DNA of 46,087 nt, from assembly GCF_001194135.2 (NCBI RefSeq), contig NC_068981.1, forward strand, positions 92,697,857-92,743,943. Reading direction: 5' to 3'. The notes under the pieces were generated by a model that did not search any database, had not been told where the DNA came from, and worked only from the letters and a program-made list of their open reading frames with translations. The number at the start of each line of letters is the position of its first letter. The stretch's first letter is position 1. Below are positions 23,875 through 36,052 of the stretch, one piece after another. Source of the DNA: Octopus bimaculoides (taxonomy: Eukaryota). Made by a program: the position numbers and the translations under genes.

Positions 23875-25430
23875 TTATAGGCAGGTAAAGTCGCTCTAGG
23901 GTGCCTTAGGGTGGAGCATTCTATGCATTGTCAACAATTTTCGTATGTTTCTGTCACGATTACATATTTCAGTAAAGGACCAGTTAATAATATTGAAACA
24001 GTAAGTCACGACCGATACGGCTATTTTGATCGCTTCGTTCCTGTTTCTTGCATTCAGCTCTGTCGTGAGCGTTGTCCTTACCCTGCGGTAACATGCTTCC
24101 TGATCTTTTCCCTCATTATTGAATGCTTGTTGCCATCACCTCCAATTACTCCTAGGTATTTGTAGCTCTCCGATGTTCTAACTCATTTGAGACATTCTGC
24201 TGGTCAAGATTAACGTTATACGTTTCTATCATTTTCCCCCTGATAAAAGTAGCTCTTGCACATTTATCGAGGCCAGCTTCCATCTTGATCTCATTACTGA
24301 ACTGTTTAATTATTGCTAGTAAGCCCTATCATTGTTGGTCATTTTCTGCAAAGAGCATTAAAACTTCCATGTACAAGGGATTGTTTATATTTTTATCATA
24401 AATTTTATAGACATACTGTATCGACGAGTTCTTGTGTCGTTCAAGTTCTTGTGACAATCTTCCAAGATCATCTTATTTATTACCACAAGATCCATGTTTA
24501 CATCTTTTTGCTCATTAGGGAATATGCCACGTACTATATTCAGTCAAGACAGATGTTAGTATTTTATACATTAATGTAAAGCAGGTTATCGGTCTATAAT
24601 GTGTTGGTTCGTTTGTTTCTTCATTTTAAGGAAGTAGAAATATAACACCATTAACTAGCCAAGAGGGAATCGTACTAAGTTGCTGCAGCACATTGTTTTA
24701 AAGTTTTGTTAGCAATTCATGACTCAGAGAGTCATGAACCAGAAGTTAAGAATTTAATCCTTTCCCGGAGACTTGATTTACTGAGAACTGATATTCATCC
24801 TCTACCTTGAAACCATCCCACTTTTGCTCTTCTAAGAAATTTAAGTCAGAAGATATTCGATCGATCCAATGGAACCTTTTATAGAGCGTTTTTTCGTATG
24901 AATAAATTTTATTCCAAAATTCCTGCACTCCTTCTTTTGATGGGACACACATTTCTGAAACTGGTATTTTCTTTATCTTCCAGTAAACATGTTTGGGGTT
25001 ATCTTTAAACATGTTGTCCTTGAAGAACCTAACGTGCTTTTCATACCGTGCTATGCGGGTAGTTTTAACAGATACCATTTGTTTGATAATTTCTATGGTG
25101 GTATCGAGGTTAACTATGGTTTTCATATATTTTTTCTATAATTTTCGGATTTTTGTTGATTTGATATTCTTGCAAAACTTAAGGTTTTTTAAACATTTCT
25201 GGTGTTGGATACGCATTTGCCAAATAGGGTTTTTGTGGAAGGATTATTTTTATCACCATTGTTATTGTGGTTGCTGTGTTCGTAATTAGATTACATTTGT
25301 TGGAACTCTTAATTTGTTATTGAATTGTCTTGTTTAGTAAAATGTAATGTTTGGGTTTGCTATATACTTTTGTTTTGTTATGCTAAACGGAATGCTGCGA
25401 AACCCCGATAACTGACAATAAAATACTGAA
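23875..25430 (-). mobile_element. Old, heavily decayed R4/Dong-clade copy (N-terminal region + RT + thumb)
   Basis: IKQMVSVKTTRIARYEK...PSKEGVQEFWNKI...; NNPLYMEVLMLFAEND (degenerate YMDD); ESYKYLG; CYRRVRTTLTTELNARN...RKLLTMHRMLHPKA. It may extend to about 26150. Confidence 0.75.
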
Positions 25431-26227
25431 GCCATATCTGGCTGTAGAGCCATGTCAATTTTTCTATCGTTTTCATGAACTCCTAAGATTTATATAGGAA
25501 CATTTGGAGTAGTTTTCTAATTTCGGTACCCTTATATAATTTTATGTTATCAGTCTTAGTTAACTAACCTCTTCTCATGGTTCTTCTGACACTTTTTGTT
25601 TGTAGTCATACACACGTTACGCCTTTGCTAAGTATACTAACATTTTCATTAGAATTTCTAACTGGATTTTTCCTTGTAATTTACTTTTACAAAGAAAGTG
25701 TTGCTTATAGCTTGTGCATGTTTTACGATCGAGCTTTTCATTCAACCGACATGTTGATGAATGTATGCAGGATAATTATTGCTTTTCTCATGGCGAAAGA
25801 TATAACTTTACTGATATTTCTTTTTAACTAGTTCTGATATAATTATTTTCCGTTTTACGTGGTATGGTTGATGTACATTGCTAGTATTGGTGCTGCTTTA
25901 TTTACGGTGACTGTCACTAGTAACCAATTGTGTCGTTTCCAAATGATTTCATATACTCGTTCCAGGCTGTGCTAAGTGCTGTTATACTCAGGAATCCCTT
26001 GCAACGTTTTCTCTTCACCTCTTGAAGTATCCTAATGTTTTCTAAAGAATTATGGATATAGATGTAAGTAATTTATGGAACTAAAATATTTTGGTGTTGC
26101 TTATTAAGTTTGTTTTCAACGAGTAGCCTCTGAGATATAGAATTTTGCATCTATCAGAATTTCTCTCACTACAGAACCATAGCAACAACAATAATACAGT
26201 TCTATATTTAAGACATGAGGAATTTTG

Positions 26228-26353
26228 TACATTATTTACAATATTTACATTCGACGGATATTTGTCCTCATCATGTTTCTTAACACGTTTCGGGTGATAT
26301 ACTGTCCAACCTTCATCAGGTGTCTAGGGGAAATTTTGAACCTGGGTCCTCAT
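26228..26353 (-). repeat. Inverted partial copy of the hammerhead-containing tail (pLTR-like)
   Basis: The reverse complement aligns with 26677-26810 (CCCAGG...CACCTGATGAAGG...CCGAAACGT...GATGAGGACAAATATCCGTCGAATGTAAATA). Confidence 0.85.
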
Positions 26354-26461
26354 GCCCACAGGCATATTGTGTAGTGGTTAAGAGAGCAGGCTACTAAACC
26401 CAAGATTCCGTGTTCGATTCCAAACAGTGACCTGGACAACAACAACAACAACAACAACAAC

Positions 26462-26523
<62 letters not shown>

Positions 26524-26643
26524 CCTAGATATATGGCACACTAGGCATAACACCTACATGAACTTCTAACTTGTTGTTTCTTGAGGTCTCTGGGTGAGAC
26601 TTGGATCCAACTTGTACAAATGCAAAGCAAAAGTCAAACATAA
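26524..26643 (+). mobile_element. Short insert inside the TAA tract, probably the extreme 3' end of a TAA-targeting LINE
   Basis: Unique 120 bp flanked by (TAA)n on both sides, as for the R4/Dong copies. Confidence 0.45.
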
Positions 26644-26706
26644 AATAATAATAATAACATCGAAAAATACATTAGAAATAAGAACCCAGGTGTGATATTT
26701 CCCCAA

Positions 26707-26752
26707 GGCACCTGATGAAGGCTAGAGTGTATATCAGCCGAAACGTTGTGTT
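26707..26752 (+). ncRNA. Minimal type I hammerhead ribozyme motif
   Basis: Stem I GGCAC (26707-11) / GTGTT (26748-52); core CTGATGA (26712-18) plus one extra A; stem II GGCT (26720-23) / AGCC (26736-39); GAAA (26740-43); C-GTT with palindromic AACGTT forming stem III only in a dimer. Confidence 0.6.
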
Positions 26753-26864
26753 CACAACAAGCATGATGAGGACAAATATCCGTCGAATGTAAATAATGTA
26801 AATAATGTAAATAATGAACAGTTGTAATTTCCAGTCGCAGTCGCTTTCCATATTCTGACCGTTC

Positions 26865-29180
26865 TTAACCTTCTGTCTACCAATGGGTCCAACGGACCCA
26901 TTTCAGTTTTTCAGTTGATTTTTCCTACTGTTTATATTATTTGATTCTGCTGATTTCTTGTGACTCTTATTTTTACTTGACTCTCTTTTATTTGTCAAAT
27001 GGAAAATTTTCCGTATGTTTATAAAAGCTAGAAAATTTGGCTTTATACATTAATTACCATATGCGTCCATTGCACCCCCGAATTAAATTCAGACAATACT
27101 TTTGTCATTCTAAACAGAATAAAAGCAGTGTCAGATATTATTTTCCTAGATATTTATCAGATATAAAATAGATAAAATTGTATTCAATTTATTTCCTGAA
27201 TTTTAGATAAACCAGGAAAAAACATGAAAATATTCCTGTAATTTTGTGTAGTATTGCATCACCTTCAATCTGCTAGGTTATAGGGTGATGCATTATTTCT
27301 ATGTGATGACACAATTCTTACAATATATTGTATTATCTTTCAGGAGAGTATAAATATGTGAGAGACTAATATCTGCCTTTAGTCTCCTATCAAGTTTCAT
27401 ATAGTTCAGTTATGCTTTCCTACATGCATAGACGTGAAAATTTGAGTGAAGACTTAATAACGAAAAAGTTACTGGAATTAGATGAAGAATGGGAAGAAGA
27501 TAGTAGTTATTCCTTCTATTGTTCTGAAGATGATGATGAAAGTGACTGAATGCTGGAGAGTTTCGTTCTGTCATTAGATCATAAAGATACTCAAAAACAA
27601 TTATTTGCAATCCACCCAATTCTGAATGAGCAATATGTTTCTAGAGACAGACAAGAAGTTTGGCATTCTAATCCTCTTACCCAAGCAACAGTAAGAACTT
27701 CATTTAGCAATATTGTGTGCCAAGAACGTGGATCATCCCGCTTCGCTAAAAGGTCTTGCGATGGCATTCAAACATGTCTTACTAACTTTATGCACCAGAA
27801 TCTTCTTGAAGTAACTCGTAAATGGACAAATGGTGAAGGTAAGGTTGTTTACAAAGATACATAGAAGGAAATTGATCACTCTGAACTAAAGAAATTGTAT
27901 TGGACTGATTATTCTTATAGGTGTTTGTAAATCTAAACATGAAAATGTCACACAGTTATGGCGTCAAGAAGATGGCTGCCCAATATTCAATACAATTATG
28001 AGCCGGAGAAGATTTCAGCAGATTTTACAAGTATTAGGTTTTGATGATGCCAGTCAAAGAAGAAAAAAACAGAAGTGATGATAAATTCGAGCCCATAAGA
28101 GAAGTAATTGAAATGTGGAATCAGAATTTGCAAGATGGATATGTTCCAAGTTCATGCATTAAAATTTGATGAACAATTAGTTTCATTCAGAGGGCGCTGT
28201 CCAATCCGGGTATATATTCCTTCAAAACCAGAGAAATATGGAATTAAAATTTTGGCAGTATGTGGCAGTGAAACATATTATGCCTGGAAAGTACAAATCT
28301 ACACTCGAAAAGACCGAGGAAACGGAGAAAGACAAATAAACGTTCAAGAGTGTTTGAGAACCTAGTAAAAGAACTTCAAAATACTGTTCGCGATATAACT
28401 TGTGATAATTTTTTTACCAGTCTAGGATTGCCTCGAAAGTTGCTTAGCAAGAAAACTACTTTAGTTGGAACAATTAGAAAGAGCAGAGTTGAACTTTCAA
28501 ATACTTTCACAAATGGAAAAAAAAGAAAAATGAGCAGCACAATATTTGGATTTCAAAATTATTCTATGATCCTATCTTACTGTCCCAAGAAAAATTATGT
28601 AGTCACACTTATGAATATGAAGCACTCTCAAACTGCAATTGATTCAAAAAGTGATGAAAATAAACCTGAACTTATTACATGTTACAACAAAACAAAAGTA
28701 GGAGTAAGTACCCCAGATAAGATGGTAATGACATACACTTGCACAAGAATGACTCGAAGATGGCCTATGGTTATATTCTACAACATGATTGATATGAGTG
28801 CAGTGAATGCTTTCATTGTTGTTAAACAGCTTCACTTGCAAAGTGTCAAGGATAAAAGAAAACAAGTGCCTAATTCAGTTAGGAAAGGAATTTGCTGGAG
28901 TTAATGCTAAACAAGAACATGACAAACAATCTTCTAGTCCCGCCAACATTTCTCAACCATACGAGAAAAGAGGACGATATTCAACCTCATTTGCAGAAAA
29001 GAGGACCAAAGAAGAAAGAAGTTTCTTGCGTGCCCCCCACCTACCCCAAAAGACAGGAAAACTCGTAGTACATGTAAGAGTTGTAATATCCATGTTTGCC
29101 AAGAACATTCCAATGTTTTCTGCGTTCACTGCCATGAAGAGCTATAATTCTGTAATTCTCTTGTGGGCCAAGGGCTAATG
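26865..29180 (+). mobile_element. Decayed piggyBac DNA transposon
   Basis: Left end TTAA|CC at 26865-26870 with subterminal hairpin AATGGGTCC-aac-GGACCCATT. The right TIR was not found. Confidence 0.8.
27440..29147 (+). pseudogene. piggyBac (PGBD-like) transposase pseudogene
   Basis: MSRRRFQQI; DEQLVSFRGRCPIRVYIPSKPEKYGIK; TCDNFFTS; LVGTIRKSR; YNKTKVGVSTPDKM (third catalytic D changed to S); TRRWPMVIFYNMID; Cys-rich tail CKSCNIHVCQEH...CVHC. Several frameshifts and stops. Confidence 0.92.
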
Positions 29181-29479
29181 TGTTGGTAAGTTCTTTACCT
29201 ACTCTATAGTGGGCCATGCTCTCACTTCTATGATATATTCTCCACTGTTTTTTTTCTCTGATCAGTTTTGTATTTTATGATACTGACTATATTTGTCCAT
29301 AATAATTCTGAAATATTACCTGTGCTAAGTTTGTCTTTCATCGTTTCCGTTGCGATAAATCAAAGTATCAGTCAGTATCTACTGACCCCCGCCCCATTTT
29401 CTGGTCAAATGCCTAAATTAGATATTACAAGTTTAATGCCCTTAAGAAATAAATATTTTCATTCTCATTTTTGTCCTTG

Positions 29480-29860
29480 AGGAAGATGCCTCATGACTTT
29501 TAAATCATGACTTCCAGTAGATGTTGGCGATAGCATTTGTTTACACTTTCCGTTTGCTTCCATTTTACTTTTGTCATAATCGATATTATTTCTTTTCTGT
29601 TGCCATGATCTACACTAGTCTGAGTTAAATAATTTTTTACATCTTAATTTGGTATAATTTCTTGCCGAATTGTTGGATGGGTCAGACTCTGTTGGGATCT
29701 ATCCAGATTTCATCATTTGTAATATGTTGGTTTTCGGGGTTTTGATTCCCAGCGCAAATTCCTTCTTGTCCTTATAAATTTTGCTTATTCTTTAGCACAG
29801 TAGCGTGGTGGACTATAAACTTACATTTCTTTGGCATTGCTTGCAGTTCCTTGCCGTTAT
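29480..29860 (-). mobile_element. Possible decayed RTE/Proto2-type LINE 3' fragment
   Basis: Weak thumb-region resemblance (HITNDEI; HGNRKEIISIMTKVKW). Confidence 0.3.
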
Positions 29861-30129
29861 GCTCTCTGTTTCTGTTGTATTTCTATCCCCCACACAACAT
29901 TAACTCTACTTTCCTCCCAAGTGGCAAACAACACCCCACTTTATATCTGGAAGTACAACTGTTAATGTATCTTAAGTATTATATGATTTTTATATGCCAT
30001 ATATATTGTTTGAATAACATCTTCATAAACGAAGATACAAAACGAACACATACTCAGTGTGAATGAGAAAATACAAACTATATTTTTTTTAAATATCAAA
30101 ACGAGCTTCCATACAGAAAATAAAACTGA

Positions 30130-30500
30130 ATGAACATCGAATCTAAGCAACACTTCCTTCCATACATTTGTTTGAAAGTTTCCATGAGTATTTTATGGTA
30201 TTCATTAGTTACAATTGTAGTTCTGTTATCTTATTTTTCGATTTCCTGTGCATCTCTGTTTCTAATGTGGTATCTTATATAGTAGTGTTGCTGTTTGGAG
30301 GGACCGTGTATTCTATTTGTAGTGTTACCTATTGTGTCGCTTTCATTATTTTAAACGTTTTGTATGTTGCGGACTCTGATGTGATGCTTTCAAATGATAG
30401 TAGATCGTTTTTGTTTGAATATTGTTTATATACCTTATGTGCAGTAATTTTCTTTGATTCTTTTCATTTTGTATTTGTTCGATGTTAGCGTTTGCTGTTA
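30130..30500 (-). mobile_element. Possible Penelope-like GIY-YIG endonuclease relic
   Basis: Minus strand ...ITSESATYKTF...HRKSKNKITEL...IKYSWKL...GRKCCL resembles the PLE C-terminal region. Confidence 0.3.
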
Positions 30501-30572
30501 TATAAATCTCTTATAGTGCTTCTGGGCATTGAATATAGAGTTGATATATAATACAGATGTAACACTTAAATG

Positions 30573-30870
30573 TGAAAGTATGTGGCCGAATGGTTAGGGT
30601 GTTGCACTCACGATCGCAAGATTATATTTACGATTCTGTGGCGGTGTGCTATGTTCGTGAGCATAAACATTTCATCTCACTTCTATCACATCGATATCTG
30701 ACGTGTGGCACATGGTGCACCTGTACAAGTGATGCTGATTAAACGGAGGATATGTGCTAATGTAAAACGTATACATTTGATCTGTATATGCATCTGTGCA
30801 GGTTATTCAGCAATAAATTGCAGAAAACTCTGTTATCGATTATGACAAGAGAGTCATCAACACAACACTA
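30573..30870 (+). mobile_element. Old tRNA-derived SINE (head A + different tail 2)
   Basis: TGAAAGTATGTGGCCGAATGGTTAGGG...CTCACGATCGCAAG aligns with the head at 2653-2770; the downstream sequence is unrelated to tail 1. Confidence 0.6.
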
Positions 30871-30889
30871 CTATGTAGAGATCGTTTGT

Positions 30890-32060
30890 TCAGCTTTATG
30901 TTTAAACGCTTGATTATTTTAGGATGCCAAGCGGTAAGTTTCCTTATCCCTTGCTGTGACTCTAGCAGCTTTTAATAAACTTTCTTTACTATTACCTGGG
31001 AGTCTCTGTCTACTCTAGCTAACTCCACGCAGGAGTCTCTGTCTACTCTAGCTAACTCCACGCAGCTTTCTACTGATATTTAACCTCTTACGCCTTCCTT
31101 TCTAGGTAAGTATAATCTTGCTCCTCATGCCTTTGTGTGGAGTCCTCCATTCATATTGAGTTTCCTCCTAGTTTTTCTCTCTAGCTTTGTTAAATCAGTT
31201 TTTGTCCAATCTTCAAAAGCTGATGAGTATCTAAGTAATGATACTGGCCATGTATGTGCAGCTTTCACTAAATAGGGACCATTTAGATTTAACTTCATTA
31301 GCTTCCTCACCTCTCTGATGTACTCCTCAATTTTCGCTTTCATTTCTGTAGTTGGTACTTTATCAGATTCTAATACACCTAGATACTTATAACTCTCTCC
31401 TCCTTCCAATGATCTTAATGTCTAGCCTTCTGATAATTGGATGCCCTCGCTGTTGGCTACCTGTCCCCTTTTCATGACTTATATTTCACACTTATCTATG
31501 CCAAATTCCACGCCTGTATCTTTGCTGAAGAGTCTTACAGTGTGTATTAAGGAATATGTCTCTTTTTCATTCTTCCTAAACACCTTCAGATCATGTATGT
31601 AGAGCAAATAGTTAATTTTTCCATTAATATTTTCGAACTGATAGCCTGCGTTTGCTGTCCTTGATAGTAAACAGAGGGGGGATCAAACATAAGGCAAGTA
31701 TTAATGGAGACAACAAGTCCCCTTCAAAATTCGTATTTTGGTATCAACTTTCCCTAAGAGTGTGTCACCTGAGTAGAGCTTTAGTTTCCATTTCTTCATG
31801 CTAAAGCTAATTAATTCTCTTACGTTATCTATTATACTGATTATACTCGGACTTTGACTTATCTATAAGTGTTAGATTATGTCATAGGCTTTCCTATAAT
31901 CTGTCCATGCTATTGTTAGAATTTTTTTCAAGAGTTTACTTCATTTAGAACTGCTTTGTCTATATATAATAGATCATGCGCTCCTCTAGCCTTGTTCCAG
32001 CAACGTTTTTGTTCTTCTGGTAGTAAATTCTGGTTGTCGAAGTGCTCGTAAATGCGGATG
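30890..32060 (-). mobile_element. Decayed R4/Dong-clade RT + thumb fragment
   Basis: NLLPEEQKR...HDLLYIDK...AWTDYRKAYD; LKGDLLSP; KINYLLYIHDLKVF; GESYKYLGV...LERKTRRKLNMNGGLHTKA*GARLYLPRKEG. Confidence 0.85.
30999..31064. repeat. Perfect 33-bp tandem duplication
   Basis: GGAGTCTCTGTCTACTCTAGCTAACTCCACGCA x2. Confidence 0.95.
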
Positions 32061-32455
32061 ACCTTTCAGGTGGGGTTCAATTGAAATTTTCGTCAGGTCG
32101 AGTAGCCCATCCTACACAAAAGGTTCCTGAATAAGAGTTGTTTAAGGATGTTGAACGAAACACCCATGTTTCCGAAGTTGAATTATCCAAACCCAAAGAA
32201 TTCCTCTGAAAACATGGCTATGATGTTCCTCTACTATTTCTGTTTGTGGTCAAAGATACGCATATCGTCAGCCACTACGGGACAAACTCAACTGGTTATA
32301 GTCCAACAACTGACAAGCAAAACTGTGATATTGAGGAGAATATTTGGTATAACGCATCTTTTTATACCAAAACAAAACAATGTACATGATAACGCTTCCA
32401 GTCAGTTAAGATCAGAAGTCATGAGAGCCACTGTCTGGTATTGCATTACGTCATT
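32061..32455 (-). mobile_element. Non-coding TAA-anchored repeat (family X), second copy
   Basis: Homologous to 15498-15812; fused directly to the RT fragment. Confidence 0.7.
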
Positions 32456-32456
32456 T

Positions 32457-32866
<410 letters not shown>

Positions 32867-33599
32867 TCTAGCATATTTCTATGCTTAAATATCACTTGGC
32901 TACCGGAGAGTTTTCTTAGTTCTTTTTCGTGTGTTCGTTGTAAGTTATGATACAAATGCGTTTTCATCATTCCCTCTAAAATATATATTATTTATGAGTG
33001 GCACTCTCCGTCTTACACGCCAGTGTGCTACATTCATATATAAAATGAAGGTATATGCATTTAGTTTAGTTTACGATGTTATTTATGATGATATATTCTA
33101 ATGCCTTACATTTAGTTCTTGAATAAAATATTTTCAATTTTGCTTGAATTTATTATATATTAATGATTTATTGGTTTTCATTAGTTTTTGTCACATGCTG
33201 AGCACATTCTTTTTCAGATTTTACACTTTATTGAATTCTATTACATTTTTTCTTAGCATGTGTATGTGTATGGAAGTATATACATCCAAACACACACAAA
33301 TACAGATTCATATGTACACACACATATGCACACGCACACACGCACACACACACACACACACACACGCATACACACACACACACAAACACACACACACATA
33401 CCAGCTGGCAACCATTTTCTTTCTTCTAAGAGCAAATACCCAATCTTTCTCTGTTGTTCTCATAACTTTACTGCCTTCGAAATTTACTTTCTTGTGTGTA
33501 AAATAGCAACAGATTTGGCGCTTCCAATATTTGTTTACAAAATGTGCTCCTATGTAATACATACATACATACGTACATACATACATACACTTTAGCACA

Positions 33600-33757
33600 T
33601 AAATACATATACATGCATCTAGACATGAAAACATATACATAAAAACGCATCCATAAAACAAACATACAAATCTGCGCATAAATACATATGCATACGCCTA
33701 GACATGAAAATATATACATAAAAACGCATCCATAAAACAAACATACAAATCTGCGCA
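33600..33757. repeat. 79-bp tandem duplication
   Basis: Two near-identical units containing CTAGACATGAAAA...AAAAACGCATCCATAAAACAAACATACAAATCTGCGCA. Confidence 0.9.
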
Positions 33758-33799
33758 TACACTAACACCAAATACTGCACACACACACACACACACATG

Positions 33800-33985
33800 C
33801 ACAAATACCTAGATGATGTTGATAAAAGTTCCAATGAAGGAGCCTTGAATCTGTGTTAGAGTCCGGCTCTTTCTCTATGGACAAGAAATACAGAAATGAA
33901 ACTGATTGATAACATACATACATACATACATACATACATACATACATACATACATACATACATACATACATACATACATACTTAC
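33800..33985 (+). mobile_element. Probable SINE 3' end with a (CATA)n tail
   Basis: Short GC-richer body between (CA)n and a long (CATA)n tract; family from recall only. Confidence 0.35.
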
Positions 33986-34659
33986 ACATCTAAGGACTTT
34001 TTAATGGAACATAGCTTGGGGTTTTGTCTCGCAAGTTGTGCTTCACGCCATTGCGAACTCTAGCAAATAGTAACAAATCAGGAATTATGTTGTATATATC
34101 CATTGGTTTGTGAATGGTCCCGTTACTGTGTTTGCTCTTTAGTCACAGTTTTCGTGTTTTTCCCCGGTTTTATATGTTATTTCTGTGGTGGGATATTCGT
34201 ATATGTTGCAAATGTATGTAGGGGACTATTATGGTTTATTTGATATTGTTTACTTCTTCATGTGTGTAATATTAAATAAAGATTTTTAATTGAATGCTTT
34301 TCGAAAAAGTAATTAATCATGCGTCTATTATCTATATCTCTTATATATGGCGGTGTTTACGGCTGAGTGATTTTAACGAAGGATTGATTGTTTTGTAAGA
34401 AAATATCTTTTTAATTGAATTTTGCTTCGGACGATATATTCTCTGTGTATGTGTGCGTGTGAGTGCTGGAGTTTGTGAACAGTTGGGAAGCTAACGTCTA
34501 AATTTAAGAAAAGCATTAGTTTTGCCAATGGCTAAAGGACAAAAAATAAAAATATCTAGAGGCGGTTGTGAGACTGGTGGTGGTGAGTTTCTTTATGAAT
34601 ACATTTGTATAAAGTGCTGAATATTTTCTGAAACTCGACTAGCTAGACACACCCATAGA

Positions 34660-35694
34660 TTTGGTTTCATAACATAAGTTCTGTTCGAATTTTGAATAAA
34701 GAAAACAAGTGATCAAATGTTATATTTAATTGAAATCTAATCAGCAATGTATTGACCCTGATTATCTATGACTTCCTTCCATCTATTTGCAAGCTATTTT
34801 AATCCCATCAATGTAAAACTCGTTTGATTTCAAAGAACTCTGAAATGTAATTTTCGACTACCCCTGGCTTGCGAAAGTTATGTCCCACAAATGATTCTGT
34901 TAGCTACGAAACAAATGGTAGTATAAATGAGCAAGGTCGGGAGAATAAGGTCGATGAGGAATGTTTTTCCCAACCAAGCTCTTCGATCTTCTGTGATGTG
35001 ATCTTTGCAGTTTGGAGTCGTGCATTGTCCTGATGAAACATCACATCTTTCGATTCACTAAAGCGGGTCTTTTTTACCAGTCGCAAGTCTATACAAAAAG
35101 GGTGAAATGAGTTCTCGAGAATAGAGAGAAGAGAAGATGTCAACTCGGGACTTGCGGTTGCTTTCGGGCAATTCATTAGGCAGAAATTTTCTAAGTTTAA
35201 GAACTTTTCCAAATTGTTGAAGATGACGATGAACCATTTTACGGTTTGAACTAAGCTTTATTGCCAATTCTTCAACTGATGTTGCAGGATTTTCTTCAAG
35301 TAATGCCTCAAGGAGCTTATCATCAAACTCAACTGGATGTCCTGTTCGATCTTCATCTTCAAGGTTGAAATCTCCACTTCTGAATTTTGTAAACCATCTT
35401 CTGCAAGTCCTTTCATTCAAGCATTCTTTCCCATAAACTGAATGTGTTTCGAGTCGTTTCGGCTGCAGAGTTTCCTTTTTTGTACTCATAAAGCTTTATG
35501 TGCCTTAAATGCTCTTTGGATACTTCCATGTTAAAAAGGGTTTTAATCAAAGAAATTTTAATTCTGTTATTCTGTAAAACAATATTTAATTAGTTTAAAT
35601 GTACACAAATGCATGAAAATATCTAAAATACTATTAAATTTCATTCAATTTAAAAAAAGGTAAAATAGGACAGAACTTATGGGAAGACCTGATA
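34660..35694 (-). mobile_element. Internally deleted mariner (Mos1/Hsmar-like) transposon
   Basis: HTH: VYGKECLNERTCRRWFTKFRSGDFNLEDEDRTGHP; DDE: MFHQDNAR...ELGWE..HPPYSPDLAPS. TIR core CATAAGTTCTGT at 34673-34684 and inverted at 35670-35681; terminal TA at 35693-35694. Confidence 0.9.
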
Positions 35695-35814
35695 TATATG
35701 TTTGTGTGTATGTGAGTGTGTGTGTGTATGTGAGTGTGTGTGTGTGTAAGTGAGTGTGTGTGTGTATGAGTTATTTTGGTGTGCGTGTGTATGTATACTT
35801 ATTCTTTTATTCTC

Positions 35815-36052
35815 TCATTTTTTTCAGTCATTTGACTGCGATCATGCTGGAGCACAACTTTTACTCAAAAAATCGACCCAAGGACTTATTCTTCGTAAGC
35901 CTAGTACTTATTCTATCGGTCACTTTCGGCGAATCGCTAGATCATGAGGGCATAAACAAAACCAGCATCGATTGTTAAGCGATGATAGGGGACAAACGCA
36001 CACATATACACACACACACACATACGTTTATTCATATACGACGGTCCATGTG
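35815..36052 (-). mobile_element. SINE 3' part (same family as 3535-3958)
   Basis: TTTCAGTCATTTGACTGCGATCATGCTGGAGCAC...AAGCCTAGTACTTATTCTATCGGTC...GGGGACAAAC. Confidence 0.85.

Larger units (their letters stand above)
26359..26816 (+). mobile_element. Composite SINE-like element: tRNA head + (CAA)(TAA)n + hammerhead-bearing Penelope-like tail
   Basis: A box TGTAGTGGTTAAG and B box GTTCGATTCC; (CAA)n(TAA)n at 26436-26523; a 120-bp insert; (TAA)4; tail ending in (AATGTAAAT)x3. Confidence 0.65.

Noticed and set aside
29160-29180. GGGCCAAGGGCTAA as the piggyBac right TIR
   Set aside because: It is not the reverse complement of the left end (CCTTCTGTCTACC) and has no TTAA.
33600-33757. CRISPR-like repeat arrays
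   Set aside because: These are simple tandem duplications without unique spacers, in a eukaryotic context.
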